64,000 nt of DNA, taken from NCBI GenBank assembly GCA_964106645.2, contig OZ067038.1. The stretch is one strand, 5' to 3'. Source of the stretch: Podarcis pityusensis (lineage: Eukaryota). A model generated the notes under the pieces. That model had not been told where the DNA came from and made no database searches. It was given only the letters and a program-made list of their open reading frames with translations. Position numbers and translations under genes: made by a program. Below, piece after piece: positions 22,101 through 34,825 of the stretch. Position 1 is the stretch's first letter, and the number at the start of each line of letters is the position of its first letter.

Positions 22101-23067
22101 ACCTCATCTGTCTCCTGAGAAATATCTATGTGGGACAAGAAGCTACAGTTAGAACTGGATATGGAACAACTGATTGGTTCAAAATTGGGAAAGGAGTACG
22201 GCAAGGCTGTATATTGTCTCCCTGCTTATTTAACATATATGCAGGATTCATCATGCGAAAGGCTGGGCTGGATGAATCCCAAGCCGGAATTAAGATCGCC
22301 GGAAGAAATATCAACAACCTCAGATATGCAGATGACACAACCTTGATGGCAGAAAGTGAGGAGGGTGAAAGAGGAGAGCGCAAAAATGGTCTGAAGCTCA
22401 ACATCAAAAAAACGAAGATCATGGCCACTGGTCCCATCACCTCCTGGCAAATAGAAGGGGAAGAAATGGAGGCAGTGAGAGATTTTACTTTTTTGGGCTC
22501 CATGATCACTGCAGATGGTGACAGCAGTCACAAAATTAAAAGACGCCTGCTCCTTGGGAGAAAGGCGATGGCAAACCTAGACAGCATCTTAAAAAGCAGA
22601 GAGATCACCTTGCCAACAAAGGTCCGTATAGCTAAAGCCATGGTTTTCCCAGTAGTGATGTATGGAAGTGAGAGCTGGACCATCAAGAAGGCTGATCGCC
22701 GAAAAATTGATGCTTTTGAATTATGGTGCTGGAGGAGACTCTTGAGAGTCTCATGGACTGCAAGAAGATCAAACCTATCCATTCTTAAGGAAATCAGCCC
22801 TGAGTGCTCACTGGAAGGACAGATCGTGAAGTTGAGGCTCCAATACTTTGGCCACCTCATGAGAAGAGAAGACTCCCTGGAAAAGACCCTGATGTTGGGA
22901 AAGATGGAGGGCACAAGGAGAAGGGGACGACAGAGGACGAGATGGCTGGATAGTGTTTACGAAGCTACAAACATGAGTCTGACCAAACTGCGGGAGACAG
23001 TGGAAGACAGGAGTGCCTGGCGTGCTCTGGTCCATGGGGTCATGAAGAGTCGGACATGACTAAACAA
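22100..23067 (+). mobile_element. RTE-BovB 3' segment (RT core to tail)
   Basis: GVRQGCILSP, LRYADD, YGSESWT, YFGHLMRR, RRRGRQR and the BovB tail. Followed by (TAAA)n. Confidence 0.96.
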
Positions 23068-23070
23068 AAA

Positions 23071-23109
<39 letters not shown>

Positions 23110-23110
23110 A
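23068..23110. repeat. (TAAA)n microsatellite
   Basis: Direct tandem repeat. Confidence 0.98.
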
Positions 23111-25179
23111 TTGCAGAATATGGTAGATATTCAAGAGCACTGGCTATTCTTCTACATTTCTCCATGATTTTCAGTTCTGACAAATACGAAAGATCGGAAA
23201 AGAGACAGGGTTCTTTGTGTTGATGAGAAGATAAGAGTTTGTCTCAAATCAGACTGAATATAAATGAGATTACCTAGCAAAAGCAAGCTCACACATCTCA
23301 TTGAGTTTGTATACATACTTATGGTACATATGTAAGAGGCTCGTTTATAATTATATTTTGGGGATGAGACACTTCCTCTCATGTCCTACAAGTGGTTTCA
23401 TGTATTTGAGAAAGCCTGCACTTCCCTGGGTGAAAGGTATCGCAGAATGGACTATTGTGAGGTGGTAGCAAGAAAAGTTTATTATTATCCTCTAGAGGGA
23501 ATTCCAAAGTTTGAAGTAAAGGAGGAACTAACGTTTTGACAAGATAAGGCATAATAAGGCAAAGGTGACAAAAACTTCAGATGGAGCGGAAGGTTTTGCT
23601 GTTGCTTCCCATTCAAATCGACAGATGAACTAGAATTCACAAGAATAGAACATTTGAACAAATTCCTGGGACTGGAGTCCAGCTCTGTTTGGTTCCTCTT
23701 TTCCCTCAGCTCAGAGAGACAGGAAATGGCCCCACTTAGCTGAAAGGCAGATCCATTTGGTTCCTCCTCTCCCTGAGCTGTTTGTGTCCAGGCCAGATGT
23801 TACAAGAACTTTATTCTGGGTTCACCCACACCTCTGTTTGCCCTGCTGCCAAATGGCAACCGACTTTTCCATGGATTGTCATTTGTTTTAATTCAGCAGC
23901 AAAGAGCAGGGGTGGTGCATCCCATTTTGCTGCTTGAGGCAAAACAGGAAGTGTCACCTTGCCCTGCTGCCTCCATAGCTGCTGCCGCTCTCACCACTTC
24001 TCTGCCCCCCTCGCTGCATCTGCCACCAGCAGAGAAGTGACGTGGGCATCTTGTACGCTCCACAAGATCTCATGTGATTTTCGTTGGTGCCACTTCTGTG
24101 GAGGTGATGGGATGCCTGTGGAGCTGCCCCCCGGGGCCTTCTGCCACCTAAGGCAGCTGCCTCAGTCTGCCTAATGGCAGAGCTGACTGTGTTTCCAGGA
24201 GAAAGCTGTGGGGAAAACACAAAACTGCTCGGACCCTAGAAAGCAGAAAACCACTTAGACCTGTGCTTTCTAGGCACGGGACAAGCAGAAGCGTGGATGA
24301 GCAGTAAATTTAAGAACTGGTGGCTGAGCTTCCTTATTTTCTTCCTTCTGCCCATCCCCCTTTTCCTCTTTTTGTCACATGCGCTGGAGACTTTGTGCAT
24401 TGTGATGCGCTTTTCAGCGCTGTTCTCCCAGGCTGCAGAGTCAGCATGTTCACAGACGTCTCTGTGATAAGCACTCAAACTAAGGGATATCCTTTTAAAC
24501 GAACTCTAGGAGCATGCAGCCACAGATGACGGATGTGGCTGGATCTGTCCCAGGTACAGTAGCTTTGTATGTGTGTGCTGGTGGTGCAGTCTGGCTTTCA
24601 ATCATCACAGGAACATCATCTATAATTTCATTGTTAACTGAACATGGCATTCCATTTACCAAAACCCCAGAGTCCACGCTACTTCTCTTTCTATTCTGGA
24701 AAGATGATTTCCTCTGAGCAAGTTGAAAGAGATTCTGCTATGGTTGCCGGGTACCTAACACACAGCACATATATCATAATTTGAACCTATGAATTCTTCT
24801 CGACATCCTTCCTTTCTCTTTCCTTGCTTCTCCACTCCAGCCATTCTTTTCAACCATACCTCTGTTTATGAAGTTGTCCTGGTTTTCCTTTCCTTGGGGC
24901 TTATCCACACTGTCCTTTCTCCCCACTCTTTCCAGCACAGGTCCCTGCTTAAAAGCTCTGGGTCTGAGCTTGGGTGCCCACCCCAAGCATTCTCTGCAAA
25001 AACCCACTCTTTAGCACTCAGTGAGAGCAAACATCCATTTGGGTTTTATGCAGATTGCCCTTTGCTCCGATTTAGGACATTTTTGTGGTGGAAGCTCCAG
25101 AGCAAAAACATGGACGCTGGGACACAGCACTTTAAAGTATGTACCTGGAAAAAGTGGAGGAAAGGCTAAGCCCTTAGAC

Positions 25180-25296
25180 CTGGCATAGGCAAACTCGACT
25201 ACAATTCCCATCATCCCTGACCACTGGTCCTGTTAGCTAGGGATGATGGGAGTTGTAGTCCCCAAACATCTGGAGGGTCGAGTTTGCCTTTGCCTG
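25180..25296. mobile_element. hAT palindromic MITE with internal deletion in left arm
   Basis: TIR ctggcataggcaaactcg / cgagtttgcctttgcctg and perfect 8-bp TSD ccttagac. Confidence 0.92.
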
Positions 25297-27111
25297 CCTT
25301 AGACTAAACTCTCATCTCCCTCCTGCTCTGTTTAAAAATATGTGCAAGCCATACTCTGAGTAGACCCATTAAAATAAATAATGGTTTTACTCTGAGCATG
25401 ATTAACACTGGACATCACTCATAGTTGCTACTATCATCCTTCTCTGTGTAGCATAACTACAATACTTCCTATCAACTATAACTAAAGGAGCATGCACATG
25501 TTACATTGAATGAGCGTACAATCTCTGAACCCTGTGTAAACAAATTGTTGAGCTACACACTCGTATAATTATTCACATGGAATGCTCAATGAGTGTACAA
25601 TCTGTGCATGCAAATCAACAAGTGTACACATGCACATATGGAGAGATAGTTTGCACGTGAAAGAGAACAAGCCTTCAGCTGCATTGAAACCACGTTGGCA
25701 TCCTTCACACATCTGTCTGCTTGGCCAACACCCTTTCCCATTTTCATTTCTCCATTTTTATTAGAAAGAAGAATGTGGCCAATTCCCAAACAGTGATTCA
25801 GACAGGAATGATAATGTGTAGGCTGTTTGGGCTTATTCCAAACAAACAACGGACCTATTATCCAAACCCATTCACTGTGTGGTGAGCAACTGTGATTTTC
25901 AGTCAATGCTTGGTAACTTTGCTATGCTTCTTAGTCATACTTGTATGTATAATAGTTTGCTAAAATTGCTAAAATCAGCACAATCAACTTTTTGCACCCA
26001 ACCGCCACATACACAAAGAGCAGGCTATTCTGTACATGGCAGCAGTTGAATGCAATTAGCTTGCCACAGTGTAGGCAGGCTCCCGTGGCCAGTGTAGGCC
26101 TGATGGCTGTGTGCAAAGGCCCTCAGAGCCAGCATCAAAAATACTGTACTGAGCTAGATTGAACTGTGGTCTGACTCAGTATAAGACAACGACCTATGTT
26201 TCAGAAGACAGCTAATTGGAGATTGAGTGCAAATCTGTATGTGCAGGCTATCACAGGACTGATTGTTGAAAATCAGGGAAAGGAACACTGCAATTCAGCT
26301 AGAATGAGTGGATGAGACTTATAAATGCAGAATATAATAATATTGCAGCAATAGTCCCCACTATCTATGCACTTCTATAGGCATAGCGCAAACTCAATAA
26401 CTTCACATTGAAGCTGCTTACCATTTATGCAACTCAATGCCAGGCCTGTGTTATTTAAATCCTTTGTCCCCCCAGGACCCCCCAGGATGTGTTTAATCAT
26501 TGAACTAAATGCAGCAATTTCACAGCTGGAAGGTACCTGTTAGAATCTATTTCACTTAATTATTCTTTTTGTTAATATTAAGCAGGTTTTTAGACGGAAT
26601 ATTCCTGTCAGCGGAGGAAGCCAAATGGACAGAATGAGCTCCGAGCTCTGTGCTCTGTGCTGCTAATGATTTTCAGCCTGGACCTGGGGGGGTTCTTGCT
26701 GCTTCCACAAGGGAGAGATTTCAGTCTCCCAATTAAACACAGCAGCACTCAGCGTTGTGTGCGGCATTTTGTGCTGAACCGACTCAAATGTTGGAGGACT
26801 GGCTCTTTAAAAAAGTGTCCTGCTTGCTAGTTTTACTGCGGAGAGTGCTTAGCGCTGTGGTGGCACTCGTATTATCAGAACAGACCTGAGTCCTCCTGCT
26901 CGGGAGCAGAATGTCAGGTTTAGGTGAGGGGAATGGTGCCTCGGGGATCACTCTTTCAAAAGGTTATCAGTTGCCTGCCTCTTCTGTCTATATAGCTAAT
27001 GCCACCTGTCCAATGAGAATCAAGAATCTAGGTTCCCCTGAATTTCAGCAGCCATTTAATTTTATTTGTAAGTTTTTGAAAATGGCCTGCTGAAGGAGAT
27101 GTCCTATTTAG

Positions 27112-27284
27112 AAAGGTAAAAGGTAAAGGACCCCTGGATGGTTAAGTCCAGTCAAAGGTGACTATGGTGTGCGGCGTTTGTCCACACACAGCTTTCTGGG
27201 TCGTGGCCAGCATGACAAAACCACTACTGGCACACAGAGGACTGTGGCGAGTGCCAGAGTGCATGAAAATGCTGTTTACCTTTG
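27112..27284 (-). mobile_element. Sauria SINE (Squam1) 3' fragment
   Basis: (aaggt)n tail on + strand, similarity to 36667-37050, and flanking repeat cctatttag. Confidence 0.8.
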
Positions 27285-27314
27285 CCTATTTAGGGCAAGG
27301 TAAAAATAAGGGGA

Positions 27315-27668
27315 GGGATGCGGGTGGCGCTGTGGGTTAAACCACAGAGCCTAGGACTTGCTGATCAGAAGGCCAGTGGTTCGAATCCCCGTAACAGGGT
27401 GAGCTCCTGTTGCTCGGTCCCTGCTCCTGCCAACCTAGCAGTTCGAAAGCACGTCAAAATGCAAATAGATAAATAGGTACCACTCTGGTGGGAAGGTAAA
27501 CTGTGTTTCTGTGCGCTGCTCTGGTTTGCCAGAAGTGGCTTAGTCATGCTGGCCACATGACCCGGAAGCTGTACGCCGGCTTCCTCGGCCAATAAAGTGA
27601 GATGAGCGCCGCAACCCCAGAGTCAGTCACGATTGGACCTAATGGTCAGGGGTCCCTTTACCTTTACC
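27315..27668 (+). mobile_element. Sauria SINE (Squam1), full length
   Basis: tRNA-like head gggatgcgggtggcgctgtggg, box B ggttcgaatcc, (accttt)n tail and TSD taaaaataaggg. Confidence 0.93.
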
Positions 27669-28683
27669 TAAAAATAAGGGAGACGGACAATAAGAGAAGC
27701 AAAACTTCATGGCTGTTTTAAGCAAATCCCCCGGCAGCAACACTGTCAGCAACATGGATCATTCTGTCCTGAGCACAATAAATTGTATCTTTGTTCAGTC
27801 ATTTCCTCAAAAAGGCAATGATGGGGAAGGGGGGGGGAGAGGTGTCAGTGGGGAGGCAGAGCTGACAGCACCAAAACTGAATGCATAAGCGGCAAAAGGT
27901 CCCAGCAGAACAGCAACTTGCTCAGGTCTGCATTTTTGGATGAAGCTATGGTAACGTGAAAGAGGTAAATAAATTGCAGGAGCAAATCCATTTTCCTTGC
28001 ATAGGTTTTGTTTAGCTGCCACAGGGTGCTTTCCAGAGATCTTAGACAAGCGTTGGAAACTGTCATGTTCAGCAGGTAAGGAAGAGAGGCAGGTAACTCC
28101 CTGTTTGATATTAGAGATAACAACAGCATCAGCATCGAAATTGGTAGCCCGTGTACTAGATTGATTGTGCTGTCAATCAATCTATGGCCTACTCAGACAT
28201 AAGCCCTACTCCCAAGGAAGTAGGCACTGGATTGCAGCCTTAATATTTTATACCTTGTCTTACCTCCCAGATCCCCTCTATTCATGTAATATTCCCATTT
28301 CATGAATAAGGACTGCCTTTTGGTGTCTAGGTGCCTTTTTAGAGAGCGTCAAAGTAGATTCCTCTCTCAAAACAACTTGGATAGAAAAAGGAGCATAAAA
28401 AATTAAAGGTGCGGCTCAAATGGACATTCTTTGATTTACATGCACAGCAATGGGTCGTGTAATCTTTTTTCTCCAAATTCTGTATGATTCACATGCCAAA
28501 GACCAGGGGATAACTTTTCTGGAATAACATTGAAAGGAGTAAATCTTATGTGTGTACTGCTCTGGGTTTTTATACATTAAGAGAGGTTGATGAAGGGTTA
28601 TAATAAATAAATAATAATAATTGTGCAAGATTTCCCCTCTTGGCTCTAGTCTTAAAGGAAAATTAACAGAGCTTTGTCTAAAT

Positions 28684-28933
28684 CAGGGGTCAGCAACCTT
28701 TTTCAGCTGTGGGCCGGTCCACCGTCCCTCAGACCATGTGGTGGGTGGACTATATTTGGGGGGGGGGGAATGAACGAATTCCTATGCCCCACAAATAACC
28801 CAGAGATGCATTTTAAATAAAAGGACACATTCTACTCATGTAGAAACATGCTGATTCCCAGACTGTCCGCGGGCTGGATTGAGAAGGCGATTGGGCCGCA
28901 TCCAGCCCCTGAGCCTTAGGTTGCCTACCCCTG
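28684..28933. mobile_element. hAT (Charlie-like) MITE
   Basis: TIR caggggtcagcaacct / aggttgcctacccctg and perfect 8-bp TSD gtctaaat. Confidence 0.93.
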
Positions 28934-30643
28934 GTCTAAATAATGTGTTCTATCTTTGCTTCTAGTGGTGAAAGAACAAAACTGCTCCCATTCCCCCACC
29001 CCAGACTTTCCAACTTCCATATATTCAAAGCCCTGCCTGGGTGCACAAAGTCCTGCTTATGCTGCAAATATATGATCTGTGTTCTGAAAAAAGTGGATGG
29101 TATATATCATGAGCATAGAGCCTACATCGTAGCTCAGTGACAGACCATCTGCTTTGTATGCCAAGGGCTCCAGTCAGTGGCATCTTCAGTTAGATAGAGC
29201 TGGGAACAGCCATAGCCTCAAAACTCTGGCATTTCCTATGTCCCGATGTGTTGCAATGTATGTGCATAAGCCAATGAGCAGATGGGCCCACAAATACATG
29301 GGTTTTTGGACATGATTAGGGGCACGGTCAATGGGGATGATCCTGACCCTTGCCTCATACTCAGGGATATTATAATTTTAAACCTAGGAAGATTATTTGT
29401 AAGGAACACTTCAAGCTTCTTTGTGTTCTTTCAAAACTTAGTATTAAATAAGTTCTGCTAGATGCCTGATCAATTGTTTAAAGCCGGGTTGGTAATATGC
29501 AGTAAATGTTGGAAGCCTTGAGCCAATATTTCTCTCATGCTTTCCCACTGCAAAGAGCCTTAAAACATTCCAAGCTGCGACATTAGGTGGCTTTTCGGAA
29601 GCCTTAAGGTATGTTCGCATTACCACTTGCTCTGCATCAAGTGTGCTCCCACTGCTAGTTTTTGAAGCCACTTTAGCCACAATCCACATTGATCCTGTAG
29701 TTTCTGGACAAATACTGCTGCTGGGTGTTTCCCCCCTCAAACCAGCTTCAATGCAACTAGAAAACCTAAGCCGCATTCATTGTATTTATGAATGCTGTGT
29801 GCACAATTTAAGATAGCCATCATGTGTATGCAGGTGAGTGCATATGCACAGATGGCAGCTTTAATGAATAGGAGTTTTGTGGGGGTACAGCACGGAACCC
29901 AAAAGTTTGTGCAGGACTGATGAAGGCATCCCCGCTCTCTCTCTGACGTGAACAACTTTGTGCAAATGTGGCTTGAAACATAGCAGGGGCAGGACAACCT
30001 TGCTGTGTTTTAAGCAGCTAATGTGAATATATTGTTTGTGGGGTGCCTGGACTCCCCTTCTGATTCCTGGGTGCTGGCACCGAATTTAGCATGTTAAAAT
30101 ACAAGGCAGAAGCCATCCTGGTGATGGCCTGATAACGATGGGTGGTTAGCGGGGACAAAGGGAGTGGCTCTGTACCAGAGGGCAAATGGGAGGCTCCTCT
30201 CAACTCAGAATTAGCAAGAAGGACAAAAACTCTGAAGCAGAGCAATTGTTTGAAGGATTGCAGTTTTGCCTGATGTAAGCTGGGGGGAAAGTTAGTTGTG
30301 GTTTGCAAGCGGCATTAGGCTGGAGAAAGTGGGAGGGTAAGAGCAATGTGGGCTGGCAATCTGAATCCAAGGCAGCAGTTTCGGGAGAAACGGAACCCTC
30401 TTGGAGTGTAATGCTGGGCACCCCTTCATCCTAGGCTCAGACTGTATATAAGCCATATATCATAAAGACACCTCAGTCTCCGCTGTGCCTCATTTCCAAA
30501 GGAAACGTGAACCCTGGGTAAGTGCCTGGGCCCCTGGAATCTCGCACTGCTGTGGAGATTGGGGTGGCACGTAACAATATCCTTACTTAGTAGCCCTTTT
30601 CTGAGTTGGTGCGCACAAGGGGTGCTGAAAGAGATAGAACTTG

Positions 30644-30785
30644 CTGGTTAGCTCAGCTGATTACAGTGTGATGCTGATAACGCCAAGGTCATAGGTTCGA
30701 TCTTTGCATTTTCTCGCACTGCAAGGGGGTAGGACTAGAAGTTCCCCAGGATCCTTTACAGCTCAATAATTCTATGATTCTGTGA
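30644..30785 (+). mobile_element. tRNA-derived SINE with CR1-type tail (POM/Squam2-like), degraded
   Basis: tRNA-like head ggttagctcagctg...gctgataacgccaaggtcataggttcgatc and tail ttctatgattctgtga. Confidence 0.75.
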
Positions 30786-30955
30786 AGGTGAAGTGACCAT
30801 TCTACCAGCTAAAGGAACTGGATATCTGCAGCTTCCCCACTATGCAAAAAATGGCTGGCTACTGGAGTTCTCTACTCTTATATTAATGGAGACCATGGGT
30901 TGTATTCAGTGTAAATCCTACACAGAGTTGACCCATTGAAATTAATAGACATGAC

Positions 30956-31128
30956 CTAGTGGCCGAGGGGGCTTTGCCCCCCCATAAAATATTTGAGGGA
31001 GCCAGGCCCCCCCAAAGTTGATGGGTATTGCCATTCAAATGGCACACGTGCACCACATCATGTGATTGATTATGCAGGACAGAGCTTACCTGCTCCCCCC
31101 CCATATTTTATTGAAGTGAGCACCCCTA
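30956..31128. mobile_element. Probable hAT non-autonomous element
   Basis: 8-bp flanking repeat gacatgac/gacataac. Right end gcaccccta. Left TIR degraded. Confidence 0.55.
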
Positions 31129-31139
31129 GACATAACTTA

Positions 31140-31374
31140 GGGATTGTCCACAATTCTGATTGTCCCTCTTCTTTTCCCCGGGAAAACCCGCTCCTTACTG
31201 CTGAATGTCAATTGAGTTTACTCTAATTCAGCAGTAAAGATTGGCTTTTCTAGGGGAAACCAACGAGGCAAGCAGAAAACTGCTCAGAACCACGTCTAGA
31301 AAGCATCGGATGAGCAGAAAACTTCTTGGACCTGTGCTTTCTAGGTGCAAGACAACCGAAGCATGGATGAGCCC
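31140..31374. mobile_element. Probable PIF/Harbinger MITE
   Basis: TTA on both sides and imperfect TIR gggattgtcca / tggatgagccc. Right half shared with about 24225-24302. Confidence 0.6.
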
Positions 31375-34300
31375 TTACTCAGAGTAAAACTTAGTTGCCT
31401 GCAAGGTCTGAAAAAAGGCAGAATTCAATGTCACGCTAGTGTGAACAGCTTGGCAGGTGGCATGATCCAACCTTCCATTCCCCTTTTGGGGAGAGCCCAA
31501 GGGGTGCTGGGAGAGGTGAGAGGGAAAAGCCCTGTTCTCCAAGCAACAGCCTGCAAGCAGGGCTTGCATGGATGTGCCCCACTAAATGAATCCTGCCCAC
31601 CATCTCCTCTGAAAAAGAGGGCATCTGTTATGGTTTATAGACTGTGGTTATGTTATTTATTCATTCATTTTAGCAACAGTTGCTCTTTGCAAAATCATGG
31701 GTTTTGCCCTTCCTCCGCACCCATTTTCTTTGGCCTCTGAGTAGATAAGAAAGCTGAGGCAAGTCCAGAGCAATACTTTAACAAAAAAGAAAAGCCCTTG
31801 CAGATTTTTCATACATATGCAGGTTTCTTGACATTTATCAACGGGGCTGAGATGGTCTGTTGCAATCAATGCATTAGTTACTTAAAAGCCCAGAAAGTAA
31901 AGTGAAGTGATAAATAAGGAAGACACGAAGAAGGGAGGAGGGGAGCTCTAATGGTCCGCCCTATACAAAATGAGTAATTGGTGAAATGGGTAAGAGAGCA
32001 TGATCTTTGATTCCCCACCCTCCCAGCATGAGATTAATAGATCCATAGACTAAGGGGGGGGGGGGGAATGATCTTTCCATAACCTCCTTTCTGGATGTTT
32101 TCTTTCAGCAACCTGATTTTTAAGAAGTGACAACTTTTTAATGAGGATGGAGAAGGAGCAATGGTGCAAGGAAGTAACAGGTCTTTGGCCAAATTACTGT
32201 TTAAATGGTTTGAATAAGGAGGCTCCAGAGGAGCTATTCTGTGTTTTAGAGCAGAGCTTATAATAATTTGTACCGTCAAAGCATTATTGCAGACGACTGA
32301 ATTTCTTTATGCCTTGCTTTCGATAATAACACCAACCATAAGAGATAAGATGCTATTCTCTGCTCATTTTATGAAGCTTAAGTACTGAAAAGTGAAGACA
32401 TTTGGAATAGACTTTCATATTTGGCATCCTCTCAGTCTCTCTCGATGTAGCTGCTTCTGTTTAATTTTCTGTAAGCGGTTCCTTCCTTCTGATACCTGAA
32501 GAAGAATTGGAGAGTGTAGAGAGTAGAAAGAGGAATTCTAAACCAGCGGAAGACTGGGCTGGACATGTCTCTCAGATGTTACATTTTTACAACCTATAAC
32601 AATCTATTGGAATGATATATTACATTATTTCAAGCAAGACTGTAGCAAAAGCCCCACCTTACAGCTTGCCTCTGGTATCCATTTGTTATTACACAACATT
32701 TCTCTCTGGGATGTTGTGGTTTTCATATTTATCAGTTTTCCCCGCATGGCTGGTCCTCCAAAGTCGATTCCACCATCTAAGCAAAACCAGACATGTATCT
32801 GGCAGCTATTGGGTGAAATTTTCACTCCATTGAATAAAGGGGGGGGGGGGAGAGAGAACATCATTTTGTTACTATGATGAAGACGCCTTGCACATTTTGA
32901 CAAACTGAACTCCCTCCAGGGTGCTTACTGGCCATGAAGCTCTTTCATATCTCATTCATTATCAGGGAGAGATGGGAAAACACTTCCTCATTTCTCTTGC
33001 GTATGAGCAAATTAGTGAAAACCACAGAGACTCGGTTTCATTAAAAGTGATGGAGTGAGACTGGCTGCAGCCTCTGTACATGGGGGACTGGGCTGAGCTG
33101 ACACAGTGCAGTCTGGCTTGCAATTCAAAGAAAGAGATTACTTGGAAATTTCTTTATCGAAATGTTAACCACCTGCAACAGCAGAGCCCAGAGATGGATT
33201 ATTGCTGGCAAAGTCCTGGGCAGTGGGCTCCAGCTCAAAGCCCCAGAACTATCAGGCAAACCTCAGCCACCTTTCCCAGGCAGCCAGCGCCATTCAGAAT
33301 CCCCTGTATAAATCTGTGTTTGCCACGCTCACAATCCCTGTCTGGGTTTTATGATAGCTATTACCAGCAACAACCACTGTCGTAATTTCTCTTAAGTGAT
33401 GTAAACCAAGTAATAGCAGAAATGCGCCTGTTCACATAGAGAAATGGCGTCTCATCACAAAGTTTTGATTTTTTTTTGCTCCGTAGAACAAAATAGGAGA
33501 TGATAGGGAGGGAGGGTCTGCACCTAAATAATATTAATTGATTGGGTCATCCCTAGGATTCTGTTCTTTGTACGGTTCTACTAGTGAAGTTCAAACCATG
33601 GCAATTCAGAATCACCTGGTGAGTGCCAAAATATGGCCACTGAGAAACAGAGGGCATGTTATCAGCAAGCTCAGGAGGATCCCAAGGTCTGCAGAAATTG
33701 CAAAAAAAAAGAGAGGAGGGGTTAAAAAGACACTAAGGGGGCAATCCCTTTCCAAAACAGCCCAATGAAGACTCAGTATGCTTAATGGCCACAGAAAGTT
33801 GGGCATCTGTTGTGGGGAGGGGAGGGGGAAAATGGGGAAAGGAATAGAATGGGGGTATCATGCAAGAGGATGTAGCTGGCTGGCCTGAACAGGTGTGTTT
33901 CAAACTGCAACATTTTGTTTCAGATCTCACCGATTTACACTTTTTTTTTTAATTGTTCCTAAAACAACTTGCTGTTGCTGCTCCACCACCTGTGGGAGAC
34001 ATCAGGAGGACTAATCAACACAAAGGCCCTTAGTTTTAATTTGAGGAGGATTCTCAGGGCATAGCACCTCAAATTCAGGCAAATGAAAGAAGGAAGAGTG
34101 GGGCCACATGGCAGCTTCTTCAAGGGAAGGGGCAGGATAGTTCCAGCATGTGACACATCTGCTACCCTGAATACTAGCTAGCTGCGGCTTCCTGATCAGT
34201 AGGTGAATGAAATGGACCCATGTTTTTACCTTGGAAATTCAGAGAAATCGGCTTTTGATTTAAAATGCATCAAGTGCTGCTTTATGCTTTTGAGCAAGCC

Positions 34301-34429
34301 ATTGAACCACACCGGAGTCAGAGCTGAAGGGACCCCGGTGCTGCTACACCATCAGTTTCTAGATTCAACTGTTAGCTGAGAAGGAATATATGAAGTAAGC
34401 TGATCAGAGGAAGCATTGTTATTGATTTA

Positions 34430-34761
34430 CGATGGGGTGGAAGTTTAGCAGGCTATGAAGGACTTGCTCACAAATTTATTGACAGCTGCATGAGTTATTA
34501 TAGCTAGGAAGTGAAGGGGGCAAGGTGACTATAAAATGGAAGACTAGTATAAAGAGGTGTGGGATATAGCTATCAATGACAAATTAACATGTGCTATTAA
34601 GGAAAGATGAGGAATATGCAGGAGAAATGGTTTTGAAGAGATATGGAAGGTATTTGTAGAATTTGTACTGTTAAAATTGAAAGGGGTCAAACCATTGTGA
34701 GAGGGGTTGAAATTCTGGGAGGTTGGATAGTTACATGGAATGGTCTTGGGAGTGGGGTGTA

Positions 34762-34803
<42 letters not shown>

Positions 34804-34825
34804 ATTGTTAAAAGAAAAAAGGAAT
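34430..34825 (+). mobile_element. Old L1 3' end with (ATT)n
   Basis: LLTNLLTAA*VIIARK...YKEVWDIAINDKLTC resembles the L1 ORF2 C-terminus. (ATT)n at 34763-34801 and A-rich tail. Confidence 0.65.

Noticed and set aside
22130-23059. Similarity to ruminant BovB suggesting horizontal transfer or contamination
   Set aside because: BovB in squamates and its horizontal transfer are already well established, and the flanks are lizard-type repeats.
29444-29776. 110-aa minus-strand ORF with ttttctag acceptor (likewise 46327-46614)
   Set aside because: No recognisable homology and weak donors. Insufficient support for a CDS.
30644-30705. tRNA-like sequence
   Set aside because: Degenerate cloverleaf continuing into a CR1-type tail, so a SINE head rather than a tRNA gene.
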